Shown here one piece after another: positions 21,919 through 33,130 of a stretch of 64,000 nucleotides of DNA; position 1 is the stretch's first letter; every line of letters starts with the position of its first letter. The notes beneath the pieces are model-generated. The model was not told the DNA's origin. It worked only from the letters and a program-made list of their open reading frames with translations, and made no database searches. A program made the position numbers and the translations under genes. The stretch spans positions 1,731,557 to 1,795,556 of the forward strand of contig CAJINV010000003.1 in NCBI GenBank assembly GCA_905178155.1, written 5' to 3'. This DNA comes from Amoebophrya sp. A120. Lineage: Eukaryota > Protista > Dinoflagellata.

Positions 21919-23925
21919 TTATACAGTTGCCTCGACTCTGAGGTACAGACGATAAGAAATTCCTCGAGTGCCCCCATAGTTCTTTTGATACACTTTCGCA
22001 GTTACGAAAATATGAATTGCAAAACTATCGCACTGATACTACTTGCAAATCGCATGACAAGTTTTTCCCGCAGCAGGAAAAAATGGAGTTCGTAGTGTTC
22101 TTTGAGCCGAAGAAGGTGAAGGAGGTTTGTAATGCATGAACCTTTTTACCCCTCAACCACTATCATCCAGATTTGTAATGCATGACGAACGCTCTTAGTA
22201 CGACTACGATACTTTTGCACAGGATAGACAAGCTTATTGGACAATGTTGTTGTGGTGTCCATCAGCACGAGGAATCCCCCCGCGACGCTCCCGACCACTG
22301 CGCTCCCACCAATAGAAATTCCCAGCTTCCCAAGGTCGTCCTCGGAAAGGTCCGCGCATCGCAGGCAAATGTGTCTGGGTCTGGAAGAAACCGAGTTAGT
22401 TTGTCACACTAGGTCTGACCGAGACCGACGCAAAAATCTGTATTGCATGAGTAGTAAAAGTCCACGCTTTTGGTTGCCAGGAGAGAATACAACTTCTCAT
22501 GCACACAATTGGCATCGACGTCGAGCCATCGCGAAGCTTGTGACGCTAGAGCTCGCAATCCAAACCTTCTGGTTCTGGCAGGTGGTGGTAGTATTTAATG
22601 CTAATGCGCAAGAACCTGAACCCGTGTGACAAACCTTGCAGCTACGATCCTGGAGACCCAGATCGACATTTGCAGCGCATATCACGTAGTGGCAGTCAAC
22701 GGAAAGGCTGCCAACGGCGACGACCGGCCTCTGGTCCGTCTGGCCAAGAAAGAAAATCTTGGCCTCAACAGCGCTCACACGAGGGCGCACAGCTGGGGGG
22801 CGAGGAGGGGCGCCGAAATCGTAGTGAATATGCGCGTAGCGAAAGAGGCCATTTTCGTACATTGGAATTGTACGGTGATACTTCAACCCCTGTCTTCTCA
22901 GGGCCCCGTCGACGAGTTTTAAGAAGTGCAGGCGGAACGAAGCAGGGCGGGCAGCTGGTCCTCGTCCAGCTTCGTGTAGGCCCTGGCGTTCGACGGCTGC
23001 AAGCACGTCGCCCGCGTGCGCGTGGTTCAGGGGGTCCCGGCACTTATTAGCGCCGTTGGCTTATGCACTGCAAAAGTATCGCACTGGACTCTTACTAAGT
23101 AAATTCTTGCGCTAGTTACATATGCACTGCAAATCATGCAAATCTCTTTTCTACTGAGGGAAGTCCGTGGCTAGCAATTTGATCATCATGCTGAGTAAGT
23201 TAGAATTTATCGAGTTTGTCTTTGTGAGTGATGTAATGCGATTCCTACTCCTAGTACTTCTAGTAGGATACTTTTACGATGTCGATGCATATGGCTCCTC
23301 CGTAACACGCCAACTGCGCAGCCAAACCATACGGATGGCCGATAACTGGAAGAGTGTTAGGAAGCTGGTGGTGCAGACTCTCAACAATTCGATGGCTGAG
23401 GATCAGAGATGAAGAGGCATATCTCTCTTGGCTCCGAAGGTTCTCGTAGAATACTTGCCAGCGTGCCTCGAGCTCCGTCTCGACTAATGCTTGCCAGCTT
23501 GCCTCGTCCGTCCAGCTTGGTTGCGGCGTGCCTCCCGGAAACAAAGTGTCAAAAATCTTGTGCAGGGCAAAGGCGTCCTTGTTGGCGAAAGAGGCAACCT
23601 GCGCCCAGATTGCTCTGGGGAGCAGTGGGGACGCATCAACACCACCAGCAGTTGCCCTTGGTGCTAACTGTTCAGGCGCAGTATCTTCCCCATCGTCCGC
23701 GGCCCCAAGACTTGAACTTGATGGCGGCAGCATGCTGGGCACTGCTGTTCCGGTGCCTCTATTGCGCCGGGAGCAGCGGCCTGGGCACCTCCACAACCCT
23801 TGTTGGGACTGACTGCGGCCCTGCACTTTTCCCACAAAGAAAACGGATCCGAGGACAAGGAAAAAAAGAACACGCGGTAAACCGCCGCGCGACATCGGCA
23901 TCGCTGCACTTCCGTTGCTGTTCAT
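21919..23925 (-). CDS. Hypothetical secreted protein interrupted by three introners
   Basis: Signal-like VLFFLVLGSVFFV. Removing 23062-23291, 22357-22681 and 22011-22226 (each plus 5 bp) gives one continuous frame ending ...YRLYLRVEATV*. Confidence 0.75.
22011..22226 (+). mobile_element. Introner-like MITE, family 1
   Basis: tatgaattgcaaaactatcg...cgatacttttgcacaggata. Duplication gaaaa/gacaa (4 of 5). Frame restored on removal. Confidence 0.85.
22357..22681 (-). mobile_element. Introner-like MITE, family 2 (inverted relative to the other family 2 copies)
   Basis: gcaaatgtgtctgggtctggaag...gacccagatcgacatttgcagcgcata. Internal aaaatctgtattgc is the reverse complement of gcaatacagatttt in the copy at 46343. 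Degenerate duplication ccgcg/tcacg. Confidence 0.8.
23062..23291. mobile_element. Introner-like MITE, family 1-related, decayed IR
   Basis: tatgcactgcaaaagtatc...gatacttttacgatgtcgatgcata. Direct repeat tggct (23057-23061, 23292-23296). Removal gives YGGA|NGANK. Confidence 0.85.
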
Positions 23926-24434
23926 GGTTATGATTATGCCTTGTCTTATTTGATGCGCGGGGATACTAGGGTTGAATATTTATTGTAAACTTGAAGAAAG
24001 TAGGAGGAGAAAATGATCGTGATCGATGTAAACGTAAAGTCACTGCTAGTTAGTAGACGAGCCCAATCTTGTTGCTGTTACTGAGAAATCAAGGTGAAGC
24101 AGGTGCAAGTCTCCGCGATTTTGGCTTTGAAGCTCGACGAAGTAATCTCCTGCAAGAATCAGAATTCTACACGAAACGTCAACTCAACAATGGATTAGAT
24201 TCTACACGTATTTATAGTAAGTTAAAGCGGAAGTAGCTGGACTTGCAGTCAGGTGAAGATAACCATAACTCTGCAGCGAAAAGGAAAAGGCAAGGTAGCC
24301 GCAATGAAGGTAATCACATCACGACGAGCTCCTGCGCCTGCCGAGCGAGGATCATGGCCCGCTTTATTTTATTTTATTTTTTGCGCTTGTTTTGATCTTC
24401 AAGTTCCTGTTTCTCTGACTCTTATCTCGGTGAA

Positions 24435-26223
24435 GGAGGAGGAGGAGGAAACCTCTATAGTCAGCTTCTAACTACTAAGCTACTTCTGTCTTAAGCTTAA
24501 CTATAGGACATAGCTCTGGAGACGACTAGCCGAGCTGGGGATAGGTTTTTATATCGTGGACAAATAGCCCTGCCAGGTGTACAAAACCTAGGACTTCAGT
24601 GCCACGACCCATGAAGATCTCCTTTTCTCCGCTCAAGGCCCGTCCCCGAGTCTGTACTGCAAACGCCCCCATGGTGTCGCTGGCCGCTTGAATGTAGTGG
24701 CTCGCTGGATCCGCGGTAGTTGTATCTGCCTGCTGTACGTCTTCACTTGATGTCGTAATTTCCCGGTGGAGAGACGACGCAACATACTAGCTACTACACC
24801 GTGATGCGTGTCAAACCACAGCGAGAGAGCTCGGGGCGCAAAGTTTGGATTTGTGGCGCTGGAGCGACAACAGGGTCGAGACCGAAGCCCGTAACCAGAG
24901 TGCCCAACGCCACGCCTGCTCGACGAGAAGAAGTGAGCCACTACTGTCGAATGGTTGTGAGGGCGAAGCAACAGAGTTACCTGTCGGCTGAAGCCCGCAG
25001 TGGAGGACTCCCTATCCCTCCACCGTCGACATGAAGTACTCCAGAATGATGATATTATGAAAACGCCGCCCGATCCGACGCTGTACAGAATGCTCCCCCG
25101 TCGTCGATCCTCGGTTACCCCTCCCCCGTCGTCGGCGGAGGTCCTTCTGTCGCGCGTGTAGGCGCGTCCACGTCCGACTTCGTTAAGAAGGGCGTTGTTC
25201 TCGAGCAAGCTGGCTGTGCTGATGCACAAAGAAAGATAGCCTGGGTGAAATCAAAGAAATAACCAGGGAAACGACAAAAGATCGATAAGGACAAGCCCGC
25301 GGGTTCCTCTCACTGACATGTCCTGCGCCCTCGTCCCTAAGAAAAACGCAGGCCCTTGTCGCGTCGCTCGATCACGGCACGAAGGTCACGACCACGGCGG
25401 GCGCGGAGGTGGAGTGTGTTATTTACTACTAGTCGTTATGTTGTAGGCCCGGTTACTAGTCTTCTGTTTTGGTTTTGGTAAAAGGAAAACGCGTAAAGTA
25501 AAGTAAATGCCTTCGACACGCGCCTGCGCTGTGATCGCGGGCGGCAGTTTCCGTACCCGTGCCTGCAGTGTGCCGGGGCCATCGGAGGGGATCAATGCAC
25601 TATGCAATTTCTCAAGCCTGAGAAGTCTCTTTTTCAAAGTTCTACCTGTGCAATCTAAGTGAGTATTTGTATCTATCCGCCCTTCCACTGCCTAGCGCAG
25701 TTGGCACCTCCGCTCACACATGACATCATGCCGACTCCTGTTGCGGCGGGCAAGCATGCCTTTTCGGTGCCTGGTGCACGACTCCCCCCTTCCGGTCCCC
25801 ATCCGCGCCGGCCCTCATGGCACACCGCGGCTAGTCTGCTGTTTGGGATCTATGCCTCTTTTCCACGATATCCCGCGGGGAGGGGCGTATCCCTGCGGGT
25901 CCGGAGTTGGCGGGCACGCCTCGCGTATCACCGAGCTTGTGTCTCCAGCCGCTAGTCTTACTGTTGCTTTCTATTTACTACTCTATCCGGAGCCTTCTAT
26001 CTAACTCCACGACGGGGCTATGCGTTGGCCCGTGCTGCGGCGGCGCTGTCAGTGAGGGGGACGACGTCATTGTTTTTGTTCTACTTTTGACCGACTTCGT
26101 ATGTTCCTAAAGGGGCGAGGCTCACCGGGGTCATTAGGCTCGCTATGGCCAACCTGCAGCATCCAGGGACCCTCACGAGGCCCTCGCCCCCACGGTTTTT
26201 GGTTGAATTTCAAGTAGTATCCG
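24435..26223 (-). mobile_element. Degenerate non-LTR retrotransposon-like insertion
   Basis: Exact 18-bp direct repeat gactcttatctcggtgaa (24417-24434, 26224-26241). A (gga)n run lies just inside one end. Stop-riddled minus-strand translation has weak RT-like fragments (FFDFTQA, SADD). Confidence 0.55.
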
Positions 26224-26767
26224 GACTCTTATCTCGGTGAAAGTGATGTCGTTCGCTTTCGAAACATTTTCATCTTGATGGGGATCAGCATTTATTCGTG
26301 AGCGCTGCAAGAGCACCTTCGATATTTTTCACAAGGAAGAGAAATCATAGTACAAAGAATTCACGAAAAGGAAAACATCTTCAAAGAAGTCAGAGACTGA
26401 CACAGCTGCCATTGCCAGTCCGTCCAGATCATAACGATAGAAGTGGCCAGCGGCAGCGCTCCAGCTGGTGCGCGAGCTTTGACACGGCTGCTGGGGAAAG
26501 CATTCGCGAAGCAGACGCGAATAGACAGATGCAAAAAGGAGGACGGACCTACCGTCTACGAACCAGCAGCGCACGAGGACAACACGGAACCCAGGTAATT
26601 CCGGTATGTTGAAACCTCGTCGCTTCTTCAACAAATTGAAATTTCTTATACCGCGTCTGTGTCTGAAGAAAAAAAATATCAACGCGGCGACGTGCCTTCT
26701 TCAGTTTCGTCTTCCTTCATGATGCGTTAGGGTAGTTAGCGTCATATCAATATTTTCACAAAAATCT

Positions 26768-27844
26768 TCACATCGACATCGTTATCCATTGTTGTGGCAT
26801 ATCTGGGAGTGATGAAAATTTAGCGCTACTAGTCGTGTTGCTACATGCCCACTTCGTGAAAGCCTGTACGTTTCTCTGTCTCCAAAGCCCGGAACGGACT
26901 TTTTTCTTCCTACCCAACTCCACATTCATTTTCTGCAGCTCCGCCGTTCGCGCAGGCTCCGGCATGGCGGCCAGGGCTCTTCGCTGCTTCCACACAAGGT
27001 AGCAGAACACCACAGCTCCGCTGCGCCCCTTCCCGCCCTTACAGTGCACGTAGACGCGCTTTTTTTCTGCGGTATACTCCACCAGCATCTTCACGCCGGA
27101 GTAGAGGTCTGGCAAGGCCGGCTCGTGGTGGTCGAACGTGGGAAGGTGAAGGATATTTTGTTCCAAATCCAAATCCACTTGCTTCGCAACCTCTTTCCGC
27201 AACGTCCACTCGTCCTGCATGTTTATCATACCCGAAATTTTCTCCTGCGCCATGAGCTTTTTCAGGAAGAAAACCTCGCCTGACTCGGAATTCCGTAGAC
27301 TTAACGCCCCTCCTAGTAATAACACGGAGGGAAGACTACCGTACAGCATCGGGCTGCACCCAAGCACCACGGTTTCGTCCACGCTCTGCCACGGATTGAA
27401 GTAGTGTGCGAAAAAGGAGACCCAGCTGAAGGGAAAAGAGGGGGAAATTTTTCGCGAGATCAGCCTGGTCAACCGGGGATAGTTGTCCTTGCGAAACACC
27501 TTCCACGCGAACAAGCGATCCAGGCACACCGCGACGGAGAGGTAAATCAGCGGGAGAATTGCATAAATCGTTGGCCGGTTGCGGTGGTAGAAAAACGAAG
27601 GAACGAAACTCAACGTTCCAGTACCAATTCCACCCCCCGACCCTGACGCCAGTTTCGGCCCATCGGTAATATTGGCTCCTGCTGTGATGTTCTCCGGATG
27701 GATTTTTCCCGAAGCCGCCCCTGCCGACCATTTCTTCTCGGCACTAAACAGGCCACCCATGATTATCCGCGGATGCGGATAGAAGAGTCGCAAGCGAGGA
27801 ATAACTACAAATCTGCTTGGTTTCCTGACTCTAACTTTATTCAT
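26768..27844 (-). CDS. Dual-specificity phosphatase, PTPMT1-like
   Basis: P-loop VYVHCKGGKGRS, upstream PWQSVDETVVLG and LHLPTFDH. N-terminal TM segment. Likely start MGGLFS. Confidence 0.85.
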   Translation of the reverse strand: MNKVRVRKPSRFVVIPRLRLFYPHPRIIMGGLFSAEKKWSAGAASGKIHPENITAGANITDGPKLASGSGGGIGTGTLSFVPSFFYHRNRPTIYAILPLIYLSVAVCLDRLFAWKVFRKDNYPRLTRLISRKISPSFPFSWVSFFAHYFNPWQSVDETVVLGCSPMLYGSLPSVLLLGGALSLRNSESGEVFFLKKLMAQEKISGMINMQDEWTLRKEVAKQVDLDLEQNILHLPTFDHHEPALPDLYSGVKMLVEYTAEKKRVYVHCKGGKGRSGAVVFCYLVWKQRRALAAMPEPARTAELQKMNVELGRKKKVRSGLWRQRNVQAFTKWACSNTTSSAKFSSLPDMPQQWITMSM

Positions 27845-28321
27845 GTTTCATCACATTCATCATTGCGTATAACATAATGTCAAGATCTATGTATCATGAT
27901 CTTCATCTTTCTTGTTCTTGGATAAGAGACTGTGACAAAAAGGACAACAAGCTGCATCAGCCTGATTCTGATCGCATTACCGACGGGAACAATATTGAGG
28001 CGCCACGGCACACGACTGAATGATCCTTGGATCCATTATCTTAACCTGGAGGAATATTCTTTCGTTGGTGCTGGCTTCTGCTTCGTCATGGACCCTCTTT
28101 GTCGGCATCAATGAATAATCCACCGAAGTCACGGAAACCCCTCTACAACGCACTTCGTCTTCGGTAACGCTTTTTTTTGCCTCATCAAAATGCGCAAGCG
28201 CAAATCATACAGGAGCGAAAAGACCCACCTTAATGAACAAGAAAGTTTCACTTTCATCAATACCGTAGGGATAACCGACAGTTGTATCGATGAAGTGCCT
28301 TACCTATAAAATCAATCATCT

Positions 28322-30199
28322 TCACATTTCTCTAGGAATCGCGTAGAAAAATTCGCGATGCTGTAGAACTTCGTAGTTGAATTTCGTGAGCAGCCGCAGT
28401 ACGTGACGCAGCGGAGGCTCCTTTTCTGCTGCGAAGTCTGCGAAATTCGCGTAGCCCAGTCCCCAGAACCAGTGCAAACGGATGAGCCGAGGCATCGTCG
28501 TGCGATGCGATGAAAGTACATGTTCACCTCCTGCTGCTCCTTCGCGAGGGCGACTACCCTCTTCCAAATTGAGTAAGAAGTCGAGGACTATGTCCACCGA
28601 ATTTGGCGTGTCTACGATGAGAATGTCGACGGCCACACGATCTTCGTCGAGTTGCACTACCCCAGGAGGAGCTGCAGCAGGAACAAGTACATCGGAAGAT
28701 AGTACGTTGATTACGCTCCTTTTCACGGGCACTCGAGTTTCCACTACGTAATCTGCCCACGGAATATCTTTCGGCACATCCTCGTCTTCCACTCTGCTAA
28801 AGAGCTCCAGTTGCTGCACCAAGTGGGTCGCTGACGAGTAGGCTTGGACGCCCACAGCATCCGCAATGCGTGTGGGTACGGGGGTCGGGGTGGCCGAACG
28901 TGGTACCATGCTGTTCATCTCGACATCGTTGGCATTCGCTGCTCTACTAACTCTAACGTCTCTTTTTTTGCTTTCGCTTTGGTACAGCAAAGGGAAGTTC
29001 ACCGTGAAGAATGATATGGTCGTATATCTATATGCAAGGAAAAAAGTGTTACAGTATACACATTGTGTTGCAGGCCAAGCAAGACAGACAAGCTCTGTCA
29101 TGCCGGATATGCATAGCAGCCTCGCTTCATAGGTGTTTTCCCGTAGGACTTCTGCATTGCAAGTTTTCTTTCTCATGCAGATAAATTTGTGTTGCTGAAT
29201 TGACAACAAATGTGTAGCTGTAACACTTTTTTCTTTGCATATCGTAGTCTTCTCTCCTACTGCTCCGTCGTCCGATTCAAGAAGTGCTGGTGCTGGCGAA
29301 GCTCGTTCATTTTCAGCACTACTTTTTGTCTGCGACATGATCTTGGGCGGGGGCACAATGGCTGCCTGCACTATCCTTGTGCTGTTTGTCCACGAGGGAA
29401 AGCGGATGCGAATTGTGTTCCGCAGCTGGTTTAGAATAAAGGGATTTGCTTCCACTAAAACCAACTCCACTCCACCTGGATCAGACGAGGCATCGTGTCG
29501 CTCGGTGATTGCCTGGTAAAGCTCTGCTGTGGCGGGGCTTTCGCGCAAATGGTACGGTCCAACATGCACCACTCGAAAGGGCCTGGCCATAGGTCTCGTC
29601 GTTCGCTCGTCGTTATTTTTTCCCCTCATGTGATGATCGGAGGCGCCATCGCCATCGGCTACTTCTAGCCCCATCATATCCAACTCCACGCCGCTATTTT
29701 CACGACCTGCCTCTCGTGCTTTCCGATAGTCCTCTCCATGATCGCCCTCCTCGTCTCCCGATAAGAACTGCCCGATCACCTGGTCGCGGGCTCCTCCTGC
29801 CTCGATCGCGTCGTCGTGATCTCCCTGCCTACTTCGCCCTGCTCCAAGGACTCTCCCGGATATCGCCCGCACAATCCGTGCGAACGATGCTGGTTTTAGC
29901 GTGACCTCCGTGTCAGCAGCGGCTCTGCGTAACAACTTCTCCTTTGGAAGTACGCATGATCCGCGAGTTGAATCCACACTTTCGCATACTCCGTCGGAGA
30001 GCGGGCGTGGGGGCTCTGCCAACTCCAGCTGCACACTCGCTTCTTGGTCGATGAAATTTCCTCTGTTTCTGTTGCCCCCGTTTGCAACAACCAATACGTG
30101 CTGGTGACCAGCCTTGAGCAAGAAAATTGCGGCGAGCGCAATATATTTAGAGTTGGAATAAACAAACAACAACATGTGGCTCTGCTTTTTCATTCGCAT
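28322..30199 (-). CDS. Secreted/anchored FkbM-like methyltransferase-fold protein
   Basis: 625-aa ORF with VVHVG, LVLVEANP and VDILIVDT motifs in FkbM-like order. Contains a stop-free introner at 29025-29241. Confidence 0.6.
   Translation of the reverse strand: MRMKKQSHMLLFVYSNSKYIALAAIFLLKAGHQHVLVVANGGNRNRGNFIDQEASVQLELAEPPRPLSDGVCESVDSTRGSCVLPKEKLLRRAAADTEVTLKPASFARIVRAISGRVLGAGRSRQGDHDDAIEAGGARDQVIGQFLSGDEEGDHGEDYRKAREAGRENSGVELDMMGLEVADGDGASDHHMRGKNNDERTTRPMARPFRVVHVGPYHLRESPATAELYQAITERHDASSDPGGVELVLVEANPFILNQLRNTIRIRFPSWTNSTRIVQAAIVPPPKIMSQTKSSAENERASPAPALLESDDGAVGEKTTICKEKSVTATHLLSIQQHKFICMRKKTCNAEVLRENTYEARLLCISGMTELVCLAWPATQCVYCNTFFLAYRYTTISFFTVNFPLLYQSESKKRDVRVSRAANANDVEMNSMVPRSATPTPVPTRIADAVGVQAYSSATHLVQQLELFSRVEDEDVPKDIPWADYVVETRVPVKRSVINVLSSDVLVPAAAPPGVVQLDEDRVAVDILIVDTPNSVDIVLDFLLNLEEGSRPREGAAGGEHVLSSHRTTMPRLIRLHWFWGLGYANFADFAAEKEPPLRHVLRLLTKFNYEVLQHREFFYAIPREM
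29025..29241. mobile_element. Introner-like MITE hidden inside an open ORF
   Basis: IR tatgcaaggaaaaaagtgttacagtatacaca / tgtgtagctgtaacacttttttctttgcata. Direct repeat tcgta (29020-29024, 29242-29246). Element plus duplication is 222 nt with no in-frame stop. Confidence 0.85.
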
Positions 30200-33130
30200 G
30201 CCAGAAACACACGAGAATCCCGATGGAAAAGAAACACTTTGTGATGGAAAAGAAACACTTCTTGATCCTCATATGCCGCGATACTCTAATTGAATGCGGA
30301 AAACCAAAAGTGTTTCAGAACCAACCAGGTGGACGCCGATAGTAAAACAAATGATCTCACTTGAGAATCACCATCCTACCAATGTTGACCTGCGTCTTTC
30401 TGATCCTTATCAATCTACTCGTCAAGGGTCATCTACATGTTTTTTTGGAAAAAAACCGACGCCACAGATTTACCGGACGAGAGAGTGTTCAGCTTCGTCT
30501 AAGACCGGCGAATGGCCTCAGCGAACGAGAGCGAGAGGGCATTACAAGAAAGGACGCAAGGGAAATACCAGGTTAGAACCGTTCGGTGACCTCACTACAT
30601 ACAATAATGCCACATACTTCAAAATCTGATACGCCGGAACAGACAAACACAAACCACAAGAAGCACAACCCATGCTAAGAACGACCTCTTGCTCTTTAGT
30701 GTCAGGAACAGGATTCGTTTTTGTGGGCAAGTGTGATGCTTCTACCCATAGATTGCTTCTTTGTCATAGATACCAAAACCAGGCTTTCGTTTATCGATAT
30801 CCGAACCAGTCCCAAATACGGTTGCCTCGCACTGCTCTGACAACTGACAGCGAATCGCCTCCTCACAGTCAACTTAGATCGAAGTATCAGATTCTGTTCG
30901 TCGAGCACACTTCTAGTACTCCCCGCAGCTAAGAATCATATAAAACAGGAGAATCAGCTTTCATTTTCTGAAGATAATTACAGTAAATTCGTGTGTTTGC
31001 TATTTCTATATTGCTCCATCTTCGCTTCTCGTCCCCGATCGGGGTGATGACACAGGAGCACGTCTTGTTGCGCATCTTGTGCATCTTCCAGGCAATAGAT
31101 GTAGTGGCACCCATAATTCGCCGCCGAATCATGATACGGAGAAAAGATTGCTCAAAGCAGGTATATATACAGATTGGTATAGAGAAGTCCTCTTAAACAA
31201 ACTTGTAAATTAAAAATATCACTCCGCGCTATACGCACTGGAGGCATGATCATAGGTATGTGATAGCATTAATGTGGTCTTTCTATTTTATATTTTTTGT
31301 TGCGCTCCTCCTTGTTCCGATTTTGTTTTTCGGTCACAAGATGCAGCCAGTATTTCTGATTGCTGGCTTACGGCTCCTATTCGTGAGATAAAATTGTTGA
31401 TAGTTTCCTGGAATCCGTATTCTCGATCATACTACATATCAACGAAGAAAAGCATGCTGATAATTATATGATCAACGGCAGTCATCGGACAAAACTGCGT
31501 CCTCTATCTCCTCTCCCGAGCGTAGAGCGTGATAGAGGAGCAGCTTTAGCCGATTTGTGTGCTAGTACTAGTGTTTGTCCTAGTTGTCGAATTTCGTGTA
31601 CTTGGACTTGCTCGCTTTGAAATGTTTGGTCATAAAGCATGAGCATCGATAAGTGTACTGAAATCGATAAACAGGAGGAAACGCCATACAGTTCTTCGTA
31701 GAGATGCTTGTCGTGGTTCTGTCCTCGTTCTAACGCTTCCGGGATTCTCTTGTAAAGACTTTACACCGGAAGACTTTACAGCAAGAGCAAAAAGCCACTT
31801 CACTTTAGCTTTAGTCTTTTCGTTGATTTTTTCATGTTTTCGCGAAAAAAACAATTCTTGAGTCCAACTTCTGTCTGAGATACAAAAAATCAGGCCCAGC
31901 CTCGCAATAGGCCCTTACCGCTTGGTGACGGATTACGGAACCTACCCGGATTTTTTTGCGTCTACTACTCATCCACAATGGTATCGTGAGCTACTATACA
32001 TAGTTGGACTTCTATATAGCGATTTAGGTGCAAAAGCAAATATTCAATGTCCTGTAAACTAATAAAATCATTTCATTCATGCGCACGATAGCGGTTTCAT
32101 GTTCCTTCCCCGTAATTGTCCGCCCAGTAGCACACCGTCAGTTACAGGTGTACGACTTCTGGCGCACGAGCAGAAAGTACGGGTGAGTCATGTTGGTGAC
32201 CGGCAAGGTCGTTAATCTTGATATTAGAATGTTCTACTTCTCGCTTTATGTCTAGTTTCGCGGTCATCTTCTTTTCAATACACAACGGGACAGCTGCTTC
32301 GTAGCTGTTTTTCGTAAGCAGGAGACCCAGCTGGAATGGTCGCGAGGGCGACAACAATCCAATCAGCTACTTAGTATCTACGTCGGAAGATGTAAAATGA
32401 GTGCGCTAGACGAGATCATATCTGATGCCGAGCAACCGGGCAGGCTATAGTTCTGGAGTAGAAATCGCCGACTCGAAATTCTTCTTCTTCAACTAGTCAA
32501 AGGAAATCACATATGTTTGATTCCCTGGAGTCGTTCTGTAATATCTTCAAATTCTCATTAGGTGTGGGTGTGGCCTCGCTTTCTTTACAAGCACTGCAAT
32601 TATCGCAGATCGCGGAATAAATCTGTCTGTCGAGGAAAGGATAGGCAGCAATTGTATACCTGTGGTCAGGCATTGCGCTAAAAGTAGAACTACGCGACCT
32701 TGTCGTCGTAGACTTTTTGTTGCCAGGCCCTTAGCAGAAACAGAATAGCTTACAGCGACAAGTAGATGCGAGTTGCATATGCATTCCTCTCGGTTCACAT
32801 TAATTGCAACTACAACTCTAGAGCCAGCAACATGAGCGATAATTCACTCATAGCTTGGAGTTGCACTGGGACTTGAGCCAGAGACTCGCAAGGTTTACCT
32901 TTTTTGCATCATGATAAAAAGATTTTTTCGCAATCAAAAGTGGTCGAGCCGATTCTTTTAGCACCAGTTGCTCCACTGACTCCTTACCACTAGAACTTAG
33001 CCACAATTTAGAGGCTGTTCGTTTTTGTTTTATGCACATTATTTTGTTTACAATTTTTAGACAGCTACTACTAGTACAGCATAAGGATAGACACGAAGTA
33101 GTCGTGCAGAAGTATCAATCTCTGAGTTCA

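Noticed and set aside
31880-33040. Possible decayed transposon coding remnant
   Set aside because: Fragmentary ORFs without a diagnostic motif, terminal repeat or target duplication.
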